Below, in pieces: positions 12,088-25,035 of a stretch of DNA of 64,000 nucleotides (the first letter of the stretch is position 1; each line of letters begins with the position of its first letter). The notes beneath the pieces were generated by a model. That model saw nothing but the letters and a program-made list of their open reading frames with translations. It made no database searches and was not told the DNA's origin. A program made the translations under genes and the position numbers. The DNA is taken from the NCBI RefSeq assembly GCF_902713615.1, contig NC_052156.1:129146407-129210406 (forward strand), read 5' to 3'. This stretch comes from Scyliorhinus canicula. Taxonomy: Eukaryota.

Positions 12088-15074
12088 AGACTCACTGTGT
12101 TGGCTCATAGTAAAGGATGGTCAGTTTGAAGGAAATGCCAAATGCTTTCTGGTATTTGAGAAATCACTGTCAAAGTAAATTTGATTTCAACCTTTATTTA
12201 AAACACTTGCAAGAAAAACTTTGTTTTAAATAAAGATCAAAATCAAGACAGTAAATTATTTTGCACAGTACAACTGAATGTGACAAGCGCGGAGCTTTGA
12301 TCTTATCCATTAATTTTGGGAATGCTTCACTGTCAGTAGCTAAAGCCATATCTATAAAGATGCAATATAAATGTAACTTGTTCTTGTTCTAATTAAAGTT
12401 CAAACACTTTTTCTGGGTTTCTTTTATTAAAACCATCAACTGCAAATTTGCTCCTCTGATTAGAAAATAGCCCTTTTTAAAGTTTAAAAATAGCTCAGCA
12501 GGTTCTGTATCAAAGGAAATATAAATTAAGGTTTTTTGTACACTTTGTCGAAATGCGTTGTCAGTCTTTTGAACGAGAAGGCACCGTTGCCCTTTTAAAA
12601 GTTCATTCATCGAAGTGATGTCCTATTTATGAAACTTAAATTGATGGATTGCATTGGGAAGGATTTAGGTTTGGAGAATAACTTAAGTGCAAATATGGGC
12701 TAATTGGCAGCTCCACAGCCAGGGTCCTACCAAAAACGTACATATGAACCTGAATATATTGTTGTATTGTGCTTCAAACAGCCGACCATTACCAATTGTT
12801 TAAAGTTCTGTTGCACTGTGATCTATTCAGCTGAAATGTCTGTTTTGGTTTGAAATCCATGAGAAACGTTTTAATTAAATCATGCTTCCATTTTCAGAAT
12901 GGTGCATATATTGATGCAGTATTTTCCTAATGAAGGAACTTGTCACATACAGTAGTGAATAATCATGCCTTTTTCATTAATTTGAACCATTTACGAGAAG
13001 AGCAGAATGGCCATTATGTCTCATCTTTTTATTCTGCGTGGCAGAGGGCGAAAGGGCACTTAGGGATGGGCAACAAAAATAAACTCTGATATAGATATAT
13101 AGTATGCACAGTGTACACAAGTGAAGTGAAAAATATTCCCTGTTCCTTGTTCTATTTCGGTCTTTCCACATGCAGCCTCTGTTTGATTCCTTTGCGGTTT
13201 CTTCTCAGCCAAGAACATTCCACAGCCATGTGACCGTGCTGATACTCAGCTTCACTGGTCCTATCCATTACAGTCTTCCAATTGTATCATGCTATGTTCC
13301 TGTCACATTGTTTCTTCACTTTAAACTGAAGGTACACAAGATAAAATAGCAATGTGTCTGAATGGAGCTCTGCACAGCCATAAACCTAGCAAGCTGAATT
13401 TGTTGGAGGGATTATTTTCTACATTGCATTCATTATAATCTTCGCAGGCGATAGGAATATCCAAGAGGGTGACCTACAACAAAGGGAAATAATTTCCTCG
13501 GGAACAATTATGTTGTTCCCCACTTATGGCCCTTGCTTTGGAAGAAAGTGTTACATCATTAGGCAATGCCATGTGTATTGCAACATCTGTTTTGTAACTG
13601 GTTTCTGTTGTGCCTAGTTTAGCAGCTAATTTTACATAGTGTCATGTAATTTCAGAGACTTGCCAAGTAAAATAATGGCCTTTTAAATGTGCTCACATGA
13701 TTAAAAAAAACAAGAGTGCAGGAAAATTAGGCAGCAGCCTAGTCTCGTGAATTAGTTGCTCTGTTATGCTGATTGTAATTAAATACATTGGACATCATTC
13801 ATTATTTCGTTCAGCCCCCACACAAAATACTTAAAACTCATCGTTGTACTGCATTAATATTAATGGTGGGTTTTAATGAGATCCACTGTAACTTGAACTG
13901 CATCTAAGCTCTCAAGTGATGATTTGCTGCTATCTTGAAATTTCTTAGTAGTCATTAAATATTAAATACACAGGTCCAGATCCAACCAGATACAGCAGTG
14001 AATCACAAAACTAGTATATCATCTCATGATTTTATAGCATTAAGATAGAATAGTAAATACGGATGACCTACCTCAGATGACATAATTCATACCATTCTTT
14101 ATTTATAATCATCCTGACCCATTGTGCATCCTTACGCAACAGTGCACTCCTCCAATGTTGCAGGTTACATGTGTGCTTTATTGATCTCCCTGACACCTTG
14201 GATATTGTCGTTTGCACCTGCCCTTAAAACTGGAAATTCTCCAGTAGAAATTTCTCCCACAAAAAGGTTGTGTGCATTTGTTATATATTTGTTGTTGCTG
14301 CAAAGAGAAAAATAAATGGAGGTGCCATGCTTTAAGTTTGTAAAGACAGTGTAGAGTTTATTAAGCGATGTTGCTTCTCCAGGGTAAGATGGTGAACTGC
14401 CCCAAAGCCCGCAAAGCGTTCCGCCAATGTCACTGCATAGCACGTGACAATTCACCAGCCAATAGTGTTACTTAAATACATAACACCCTTCCCGCTTTAC
14501 TCCTTTAGTGCCAAAGACACTTAAACAACAGATTCAACACAGTATTCATTACATTGCATTATCATGTTATTAATACGTATATATCAGTAAGAAAGTCTCT
14601 TTGGCGGACCTCTGTCTCGTTTAGGTAATATCCAATGTTCAGGAATTTGGCTCTTTGCTATCATTGGAGTACCTTTCTGTTCACTTGTTAGTTACTTATG
14701 AAACGAACTCAGCATCTGTATGTTGGCACTGGCGATTCTGCAGCGAAGGATTCGATCATTACTGCAGTAGTGGATTTGAGTTCTGTCGCATCACTGTCCG
14801 TGTACTCCGATGTGAATATTTCTGGTGAAGACTGTGCTTTCACTTCGTGAAGCTAATAACTGGTCAGCGTGCTGGTGCCAAACTTGTTCATGATCTGTTT
14901 GAACTGTGTAGGATACTGGACCTGTTTTGTCTGGTGGCTGAAGTCCATTTTCCACTCGTGGCACAATTTCAAGCTAAAACCCATTTATTACAGTTAAAAG
15001 CTCTTCCAACCTTTAGTAATTCTCAGAAGACCCATGAGGATGACCCAATTGATCTCCCCCTGGGGATCATGTAA

Positions 15075-15165
15075 TATATAGAAACGTACATTGAAAATAG
15101 AAGCAAGAGGAGATCATTCGGCCCTTTAAGCCTGCTCCACCGTTCACTATGATCATGGCTGATAA
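15075..15165 (-). mobile_element. CR1-type 3' tail fragment inside the Gypsy integrase region
   Basis: Reverse of atcagccatgatcatagtgaacggtggagcaggcttaaagggccgaatg. Confidence 0.65.
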
Positions 15166-15507
15166 TACGAGCTGCCCGTCAGATGGGGCACTCAACCTTT
15201 AGAAGCTAGCCCGGTCTGGAACCGGCATGATCGGTAGTACCGGTTGAGATTCATGTGCTGTACGCCGCATTGCAACCTTTTCTTTTGATTATAAATAAAC
15301 CTCCATTTGAATCACCTTCTTGGATCTGCTGAGCATTTAAATAATAATTTTGTGTTCGATGCTGTCTCCTGACAATTTCCAAAGTTGTAGATAGTGTGAA
15401 GAGATCGCATTGCATTCTCAATTTCCTCTTGATTAACAGCATCACCACTGAACTTTGCCTGGCTGAGTGCACAAAATTTCAATATGACATTAGAAAGTTG
15501 TTAACAC

Positions 15508-15993
15508 ATTTTCTTTTAAATGCATTTTATTATAAACATGTATCAAACGGGTTACAGCAAATAAACACCCCAGGAAATATACTTCCCAGCAATCAACTAT
15601 ACAGTCTGTACAAATGTTTTCCCTTTTTCACCCTCTTTCCCCCCCCCCCGCGACGGACAGCTCCTTCAACACGGTCACAAACATCGCCCACCTTTTCTCA
15701 AACCCCCCTGCAGAGCCCCTTAACCCATGCCTTATCTTCTCCAACTGCAGGAAATCGTACAGGTCACCTAACCAAGCCGCTACCTCAGTGGCAATGCTGA
15801 CCGCCACTCCAGTAAAATTCGCCGCCGTGCAATCAGAGAAGGCGAAGGCCACAATATCGCCTTCCTCCTGTCCATGAGCTCCGGCTTCTCTGAAACCCCA
15901 AATATCGTCACCCAAGGGTCCGGGTCCACTTCCTCCTCCACTATCCTGGCTAAGACATTCCCGCCCAGAATCTTTACAATTTTTTGGAACCCC
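15508..15993 (-). mobile_element. 5'-truncated L1-clade LINE inserted in the Gypsy integrase, 13-bp TSD
   Basis: TSD aagttgttaacac at 15495-15507 and 15994-16006. ORF pieces LIARRRILLEWRS and WLGDLYDFLQLEKI; A-rich tail. Confidence 0.88.
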
Positions 15994-17866
15994 AAGTTGT
16001 TAACACCTAGGTAAAGAACCTTAATCTCTCTATACCTTTACTCCATGTTTGAGCGATTGCACAAAGCGATCGGCCAACCTGTTGGTTGATGAGTGATATG
16101 GACAGATTTAATATGGCGGATGTCAATCCCCTTCAAGTAATCTTGGAACACTGTTGATGTAAATTGAGTCCCCTTATTACTCATAAGTTGCTCTGACTTT
16201 CTGAACACCTCATCTGGTCTCTCAGTTGTCTGTTTGGTTGTCATTGGACGTCATGATTGCGACTTCTGGCCATTTTGAGTGTGCGACAACCATCACTAGG
16301 AATATATCCCCCTCAGTTGGGCTAGCATAGTCAACATGAATTCTCTGCAATGACTGTGTAGGCCATTCCCACGATGCAAAGGTTTCAGGAGTAGGGTATT
16401 GCTCAATATAGCGTAGAATTAGTGTAACCCCACTTTCTTCTCAACTTGGGCATCTAATCCTGGCCAACAGAAGTAGCTGCATGCCAACTCCTTCATCCTA
16501 AAAAAACCAGGATATCGCCATGTAGGTGTTCGTAGAAACGGCAGAATGATCACTCGAATACCCCACAGCCGAACTCCACTCTGAACTGTGAACTCAAGAC
16601 ATCCAGTGATGTCGGGCTTGAGGTCTGGATTCCTTCAGTGCACATTTGTTAAAGTGCCTTTTTGGATCATATCCATAACCTTCCCCATCACTGGATCGAT
16701 TCTTGTCCACCTTTGTACTTGAGATGGAGTTATCAGTACGTTTTCAACATGAGAGAGAAAACTTTATAAAATTTATGTTTGACTTCATGATCCTGTTTGA
16801 CTTGTACTGGCAGTCTAGATGAAGTGTTTTCATTTGCATACTTTTCTGACTTACGATATTGGATGTCATAATCGTATAGTGACAAGATCAAAGACCATCT
16901 TTGCAATCGACTAGTTGCTAAATAAGGAATACACTTATAGGGCCCAAAGATTGTAGTTAAAGGACAATGGTCAGTCAAAAGTGTAAAATACCGTTCATAA
17001 AGGTAATGGTGGAACCTTCTTATGCCAAAAATGATGCTCAAAGCTTGTATTTCTAGCTGGGCATAGCTCGACGGTGCTAGTTAATGTTCTGGAGGCAAAT
17101 GCTTTTGGTTGCTCCTCTCCTGGGGGCATTATGTGCGAGACAATGGTGCCAACCCCATGGGTTGCAAGCAATCTGTAACCTCAGCTTTGTTGCAGACCAA
17201 TAACTCCGACTTCTTAAAAACTTCTTAGACATTTTGATGATAATTTTCGCTTTCTTTGGTCCAATGCCAAGCTTGTTTGACACAAAGCAAAGTGTGTAAC
17301 GGATTCAGCCTCATTGCTGAGATAGGAATGAATATGCCATAATAATTCAGCAAACCTAAAATGACCTCAATTGCATCACATTTTGTGGACATGGAGCTTC
17401 TAGGATCTCAGCCATCTTCGTTGGTTCTTTATGTAAACCGTCTTTATTAATGATACAATTGAAATAATTGATAGAAGACATAAATTCACACTTTCTTGAC
17501 TCTAAGATTGCAATTTTGCAAATGTGCAAAAATAGCTTCCAAATTCCTTGCATGTTCTTAATCATTCAAACCTGTAATAAGAATGTCATTTAGGTGACTT
17601 TGCATACCAGATAGTCGACTCAGAATGTGAGCCATGTATATATACTTAATAGAGATTATTTACATTTACATTTTTTTTAAATGAAAGTCTCCGCTAATTA
17701 AAGGTACCCTCGTGTCACTATAGTAAGTAAGGGTTGCCACTCTGCAGCCACATTCATCAGTAGATATGCTTGAGAAAGATCTATTTCGCTACATCTCTGG
17801 ACCCTTGAGAGTTCAGCGAATAAATCTTCGATAAACAATAGAGGACAATGGTCAGCACACAACACA

Positions 17867-18168
17867 GGGCGGCATGGTAGCACAGTGGTTAGCATTGTTG
17901 CTTCGAGCATCAGGGTCCCAGGTTCGATTCCTGGCTTGGGTCACTGACTGTGTGACATCTGCAGGTTCTCCCTGTGTCTGCGTGGGTTTCCTCCACGTGC
18001 TCCGGTTTCCTCCTACAATTCCCAAAAGATGTGCTGTTAGGTAATTTGGAAATTCAGAATTCTTCCTCGTGTATCTGAACAGGTGCTGGAGTTGCTGACT
18101 GGGGGATTTTCGTAGTAACTTCATTGCAGTGTTAATGTAAGCCTACTTGTGACAATAATAAAGATTAT
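17867..18168 (+). mobile_element. V-SINE with Rex-like tail, inserted in the Gypsy RT
   Basis: tRNA head and V domain, then gaacagg...ttttcgtagtaacttcattgcagtgttaatgtaagcctacttgtgacaataataaagatt. Confidence 0.88.
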
Positions 18169-19575
18169 ATACTGGGTTTTGAAATCCCCACATTTTGTTA
18201 CTGAACCATCCCTCTTCAGCACAGGATCGATGGGTGTTGCCCAATCACTAGTGGCACCAGGCTCAATGACTCCTGTCTCAATTATCCTTTCAAATTCTTC
18301 CATGTTTGGCAAGATGGCATAGGGTACAGTATGTTCTTTAAGATGCTTAGGCACACTGTCTGCCTTGATCTTGAGTTTCACTTCCACTCCAGTCCTGGAT
18401 CCAAGTGACTCTTTAAATACCTAAACGTATTTCTTCAGAGGTGTTTGTAGATCATTCATAGAATCACTGAGTTGGTTCACGACAATCCAGTTGAACTTTG
18501 TCTTCCTCAACCACGATCTACCAAACAATGTTGTAAAGTTTCCTTGAACAATGTGGAGAGGCAACTCTGCCTTTTGACTGTTAATTTCCTCATTCACCTT
18601 GATGCATCCCTTCAGTGGCATGATTTCTTTGGTGTATGTCCTCAGGACAACATCTGATGGTTGTAACGGTAGATGTTTTAGTTTCTGACTGTATATGGTC
18701 TTGGGAATGAGTGGTACCGCAGTGCCCACATCCACTTCCATGTCAGGTATTTCCAAAAAGTTTTGGATAACTTCAAAAGCGTTGCTGATCTCCTTTAACT
18801 GATAATATACCAAGCTTGAATTCTTTAAGATGACTTGACACATGTCCCCTAGTAAGTATTTAATTCCTCCATTTAACTGATGAACTCGACCAACAGACTT
18901 CGCTGTGTTTCTCTTGGTACAAGTCTTTTGTGCTGACAAAGGTTGGCGTGACCAACATGCCTTGGATGTGGCCTATTTTACAACAATTTTTGCATTTATT
19001 CTCCACCCTCCACCATTCTCCTACTGAGTGTCCCAGTGAGTACAGTGATGACAGAGTAGAATTTTCACAGACCTGCTTCCAGCAGTCTCCATCTTATGAA
19101 TTTCTGCTCTGACTCCAATCGACAAAGCCTATTTCATTGTAAATTCCATGGAATTGTGATTTCCACAGCAGCTTTCAGGGTTAACTCACCTTCACTCAAC
19201 AGCTCTCTTTGGATGGCTTCATTTCTAAGACCGCAAACCAGTCTGTCTTGAAGTATTTTGTCAAGTGTTTGTCGAAACTCTCAGTATTTGGCTAATTTAT
19301 GTAGTGTTGCTATGAGTTGAGAAATGCTTTCCCCTTCTATTACGCACGATGAATCTTGCAGTTATCAGCAGCAGACAGGGAGAGAAATGTCCTTCCAAGA
19401 TTGTCATTAACTCTCTGTAGGTCTTTTCTCCTGGTTTAGTTGGGTAGACTAGATTTTGTAACAACATGAATGTTTTGCGCCAACCAAGCTAACAAAAGTC
19501 ACAGCATGCAGGTTTTTCAGTGTCTGATGCTACAAGACACAATTGGAGCCTTTACTCATAAAAATTCCATATACG

Positions 19576-19808
19576 TGGCGGCACAGTGGCGCAGTGAGTT
19601 AGCACTGCTGCCTCGCGGCACCAAGGTCCCAGGTTCGATCGTGGCTCTGGATCACTGTCCGTGTGGAGTTTGCACATTCTCTCCGTGTTTGCGTGGGTTT
19701 CGCCCCCACAACCCAAAAATGTGCAAGGCTAGGTGGATTGGCCACACTGAATTGCCCCTGAATTGGAAAAAATTAATTGGGTGCTCTAAATTTAAAAAAT
19801 AAATAAAT
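19576..19808 (+). mobile_element. Short V-SINE with A-rich tail, inserted in the Gypsy gag
   Basis: tRNA head, shortened V domain, aattgggtgctctaaatttaaaaaataaataaa; near-TSD aattc(c)atat. Confidence 0.85.
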
Positions 19809-21410
19809 AATTCATATCTCATAACGTTTGTCAAATTGGTTGATGACACCACTTTTTCCTGCCATTTTTCGTATCCTAGTTCCTTGATCTGTGCTTCTTC
19901 AGCCTTTACCCCTTCCATTTATTCCCCGAAAGCAAGCAGTCTGCAAGCCCATAAGCAAACTAGTTCTTCCCTTGCAACCTTTTAGGTTCCCATTCTCACA
20001 GCCCTTTTACAGTGCAGCATGCACGATCTCTGCAGCTTCTGCCCACTACAAGCAGTGAGTACTCCTGAAACTTTGATTCATTTGTTTAAAAGATATGATC
20101 CAGCAGCACTCTGTTGTGTCCTGATTAATTCTCAAAACCTTATTTAGCACTAGCGGCTGTCGTATCGATCGACTGACTCACTGATGCCTCTCTATGACTG
20201 AATGGTTTTCCTTTTTTTTACTTGCCACAAATCTGTTGACTTTCAGCCTGAGCTTCGATGATAGTTTCCTTCAGACTTCCAAATCTCCATCGATGGTTGG
20301 TTATAGCCAGAATCCTCATCGACACTTTCTCTTCTGTTATATACTTGTTGTTGCCGCAAAGAGAAAAAGAAGTTGAGGTACCACACTGTTAAGTTCGTAA
20401 AAACATAGTACTGTACTGTGTTTATTAAGAGATGTTTCTACAAGATATGGTGGTGAACTCCCCCAAAGCCTGTGAAACGCTCCACTGACCTCACTGCGTA
20501 TCATGTGACATTTCTCCAGCCAGTAGTGTTACTTGAGTATGTAACAGAATTTGACTTGAATTTTCAATTCTGAGATTAGTACGTTGCTGTTAGGTAAGAA
20601 GGTAGCAAAGGATGTGGAGCAGAGGTGATTAAATTGAATGAGTGACAGATTCACTATGATCTGCCAATGTAGTCTTGTTCACTGCTGGCAAAATCATCTC
20701 GGTCATACCCCAGAATGATCCATCTTTCGTACATGCTCTTCGATCTTCACACATGGAAACTATTATCTGGGCAAATTAAATTTCAATTTGGAAAAGCATC
20801 AGTTAATCGAAGAGAACCAGCATGAATCTGTTGCAGGCATGTCATGCCTGACTATAACATGATTCAGTTACTTTCCGTTAACAGATTTGATCATGGTGGA
20901 ATGATAGATGTTGTATAGGATGTTGTATAGGACCAACTTTTATTGACTTAAAAATTGATGGATACTGAGACCCAAGTAAATTTTGGTAAACCAGGATCAA
21001 ACTCTTTGCTTCCGCCAGCTGGCCTGAACCATTCAAAATTTTCAATTCTTGCCTTCCATCCTCATTAATGCAAAATTCTGTTAAGAACAAGGAGGGTTAT
21101 ATAAAGTACAAAAGGAAATTTAAAAAGTTCATGGGAAGCAAGGAAACATTCCAAGCAATGATGAGCAACAATAAACTGAACTAAAATATTATTTGTAAAT
21201 GTATAAAGTATAAAGAAAAAGTTGGGCCTATTCAGAACCTGAAGGTGATACCTTCATGAGGGCATGGCTAAAGCATTAAATGTGTACTTTGCAGCTATCA
21301 CCACCAAGGAAATGGATGATGTAATGGTTACAGTAAGAGAGTAGTAGACAGAACAGAAATGGAAAGAGAGCATGTATGAAGAAGATTAGCATTCCTGATC
21401 CTGAAATAAA

Positions 21411-21942
21411 GCACGCGATCGAATGGCCACGCTGCACTCATCAATTAGCTCGCTGTGGCGCAACGTGGCCGATCGAAGCTGGGAGATCCTGCTCCCAGGA
21501 TCTACCCAGCTCACAACGCCTTGTGAGATGTTGCGATGTAAATCCCACTGATTGTGGATGGGATCATCTTTTGCCAAATTACATATTAAACCGAAACAGT
21601 TAGTCTCATTTTAATGTACAGATTCTGAGGGAGCCGCGTTGGGATCTACCCCCTTTGTCTCTCAGACCTTGGGCGAGCGCTGTTCAGTACTGGTCTCCAT
21701 AGACAGGAAACATTTAAAAATGGCGTCCCAATCTCTTGCTGCGCAGAGGAATTCAGGCGAGCTGAGGTCCTCAGAGCACAAAACGGGGCTCTGTGCGGCT
21801 TCGGCCGCGTGTTCTCTGCTGAGTCCCCCTAGCTAATTCGAGTGCCGTTTTATATGTGTTTCTCGGCTCAGCAAGCGCCAGGAAACACGTGGCTAAATGC
21901 GTTCTCTATAGGATTTTGTTCCTATTTAGTTAAATCCCACCC
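21411..21942. mobile_element. MITE-like element (GGGC..GCCC family)
   Basis: gcacgcgatcgaatgg ... ttaaatcccaccc termini; AAA on both flanks. Confidence 0.55.
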
Positions 21943-21944
21943 AA

Positions 21945-22175
21945 AAACAGCAAATTCTGGATATCCTCAGCAAGTAGAGCAACATCTGAGAAGAGAGAAG
22001 CAGAATTAAGCAGGTTGATGACTTTTTAGCAGAAGATCGATTCTGATGAAAGGTCATGGACGTGAAACAAAATTCCCTTTTCCTCTCCACTGATGCTGCC
22101 TGATCTAATGAGTATTTCGGGTATTTTCTGTGTTTATTTCAGATTTCCGCACAGTATTTTGCTTTTATTTTCGCA
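21945..22175. repeat. Palindromic interspersed repeat (Penelope-end-like)
   Basis: Arm 21945-21998 is an imperfect reverse complement of arm 22078-22136. The Penelope affinity is from recollection only. Confidence 0.55.
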
Positions 22176-23559
22176 TTACAGAAAATTGCTAAGTCAACTT
22201 ATCAGAATGGAATGCATCCTAAGTTGCTCCAAGAAGAGAATATAGAGGGAAGTAGCAGAGCCATCCACATTGAATGCAGGACTAGTATCTGAGGACTGAA
22301 GGGTTGCTTATGTTTTAGCCCTATTCAAGAAAGGGGAGAGAGATACAGCCAACCTAACATCGTTGGTGGGGAAATTCATGGAAACTATTATCCGGGCAAA
22401 ATAGACTTCAATTTGGGAAGGCATTGGTTAATCAAAGAGAGCCAGCATGAATCTGTTAAAGGCAAATCATGCCTGACTGACATGATTCAATTACTTTGCA
22501 TTAACAGAGAAATTTAATCAAGGTAGAATATTGGATGTTGAATTAGAAGACATTCAAAAAAGTGCCACACAGGACACTTTTTAAGGAGATGAGATGGAAG
22601 CCCATGGAATTAAAAGACAAATGGTGGTATGGTAAAGAATTGGCTGAGTGACAGGAAGTAGAGGACAGTGCTGGATGGATGGTGCTTTACAGTGATGTCC
22701 GCAAAGGTCAATTTTTGGGTCCGTCCATTGCACTTTGCAGTTATTACGAATGACCTAGACTCTGGTGTCGGGAGCAGCATTAGTCGAGATTTGGGGAACA
22801 GGAAGATGTGTAGGGCATCACAATGGAAGAAAATGCAGAGTAACCTTTTTCCTAATAGTATAGATAATGTAAAGGCAGGACATTTTGGAACAAGGGAGAA
22901 ATTAAAGACTCGAGGTAAAGGACGTATCGACTATAGTGCAGCAAGTTTTTTTTCTTGTATTCTGTCCAGAAATGTAAAGGAGGGTTCTCAAAGAACCATC
23001 CTGAAAAGAGCAGTAAATCTAAATGATAACTAGCTTGGGCTTTAAAATTTATGAGTTACTATAGGCAAAGCAAAGATTTGGCATGAAAGGAGTTCTTGGA
23101 AGCAGCTTTCACTATGAAGATTTGAAAGCGCCGCTTAAGGTTAGAGGATATGGTCAGTTCAAGAATGCTGATCAGGTAAGGAAATACAGGGATGGAGCCA
23201 TCAAAGGAGGTGTCTCCATTGTTTGTATTTTTGAATCTAGCCATTGCAGCACCTGACTATAAAACCGAGTAATGGTTTCAAATTTCCATGTAGAGATGGT
23301 TTTCAGCTGAATTTTTTACATATATAAATCCTATTCTCTCTTCCCACCCACCCCAACCCCTGTTGCATCCATACTATTTGAGAGGGGGATGGGGGGGGGG
23401 GGGGCACATGAACTGTGTTGTGATGATCAGTGTCATCAATATTCTGAAAAAATATTGATCAAAAAACATGAACTATTCAGTTTACACTTGGTTTGGTATT
23501 CTGAATTGGTCCATTGAAGCACATGGACCATTTGATCATTAAGATTTGTTCATTAAGGT

Positions 23560-25035
23560 GATTATAGCTGGACACTTGAGAAAAACTCAAAGTAATCCAG
23601 AATAGCCAGCATGGTTTGTGAAAGTAAAATCATGTTTACCAATGTATTAGAGTTATTGAATGGATAATAGGGAGCCTGTAGATATACCGTTCTTGGATTT
23701 TCAGAAGACATTTGATCCGCTGGCACATCTGGTTATTGCAGAGAATAAAAACTCGGTGTCAGGGTAACAGATTAACTTCGATACAAAATTGGCTGGCTGG
23801 CCGAAAACAGAGAGTATGCATAAATGGATCTTTGTGTGATTAGCAGGATGTGACAAGTGAAGTGCCGCAGGGGTCTGTGCTGGGGCCTCAACTTTTTACA
23901 ATTTACATCAATTGCTTAGATGAGGGTTGCGAAGACATGGTAGCTAAAGTTGCAGATGGTATAAATATAGATAGGAAAGTATGTTGTGAAGAATACATAC
24001 GGAGTTTGCAGACTGATCTAGATAGGCTGGGTGAGTGGGCAAAAATCTGGCAGATGGGGTGGCACGATAGAGCACTGGTTAGCACTGCTGCCTCACGGCA
24101 CCAAGGTCTCAGGTTTGATCCTGGCTCTGGGTCACTGTCCATGTGGAGTTTGCATATTCCCCCGTGTGTGCGTGGGTCTCACCCCCACAACCCAAAGATG
24201 TGCAGGGTAGGTGGATTGGCCACGCTAAATTGCCCTTAATTGGGGAAAAACATCTGGCAGATGGAGTATAAGTGGGAAAATGTGAACTTGTTCACTTTGG
24301 CTGGGAGAAATTACTTAAATGGAGAATACCTGCAAAATTCCAAGTGCGGAGGGATCTCGGTGTTCTCGCACATGAATCACTGAAAGTTAATATGAAGGTA
24401 CAGTATGTAATCAAGAAGGTCAATAGAATGCTATATTTTATTACATGATGAATTGAACATAAAAGTTAAGATGTTATGCTTCAGTTACACCGGGCATTAG
24501 TGTGACCGCATGTCGATACTGTGAGTAGATTTCATCTCCTTATTCCAGGAAGAATCTAAATGCGTTGGAGGCATTTCAGAGGAGGTTTACTAGATTTATA
24601 CTTGGAATGAGAGGGTTGTCTTTTGAGGGTAAGTGGACAGGCTGGACTTGTTTCCACGGGAGTTTCGAAACTAAGGGGTGACTTGATTGAAATGTGATCC
24701 TGAATGGGCTTGACAGGGTGGATGTGGAAAGGATGTTTCCTGTTGTGGGTGACTCCAGGACTAGGGGGCTCTGTTTTAAAATTAGGGGTTGCCCTTATTG
24801 GACAGAGATGAAAAGAAGTTGTTTCTCTGAGAGTTGAGTGACTTTGGAACACTCTGCCTTAGAAGGCAGGAGAGGCAGGGTCATTGAATATTTTTAAGGC
24901 AGTGGTTGATACATTCTTGCTAGGCAAAAGGTTATCTGAGGTCAATGGGAATATAGAACACAAACAGACCAGCCATGATATTGAATGGTGGAGCATGCTC
25001 GAGGTGCCAAATGACTTCTATTTTGGATGTTCGTA
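23560..25035 (+). mobile_element. CR1 LINE, RT through 3' tail
   Basis: VPQGSVLGPQLFTIYIN, KVAD, LDRLGEWAKIWQM; tail cagccatgatattgaatggtggagca... Confidence 0.9.
24058..24251 (+). mobile_element. Short V-SINE with A-tail and 13-bp TSD inside CR1
   Basis: TSD atctggcagatgg at 24045-24057 and 24252-24264. Confidence 0.9.

Larger units (their letters stand above)
14279..20546 (-). mobile_element. Decayed full-length Ty3/Gypsy LTR retrotransposon
   Basis: Direct LTRs at 14279-14485 and 20335-20546 (tgttat...taaca). Flanks GCATT/GAATT, PPT at 14486-14495, PBS-like tgtcgatgaggat at ~20312-20324. Minus-strand remnants in Gypsy order: gag zinc knuckle (~18950-18995), protease MEVDVGT, RT (SDWATPI, CGDFK, IDLSQAY), RNase H (FTLLTDHCPL..RLQRW), integrase (RIHVDYA..SKWPEV, GPVSYTV). 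Many stops and frameshifts. Confidence 0.92.
20580..23300 (+). mobile_element. Cluster of old CR1 ORF2 fragments interrupted by younger repeats
   Basis: Degenerate CR1 RT landmarks (KKG, qHgF.kgkSClT, kvph, WL..Rk) at ~21050-21360 and 22190-22800. Confidence 0.55.
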
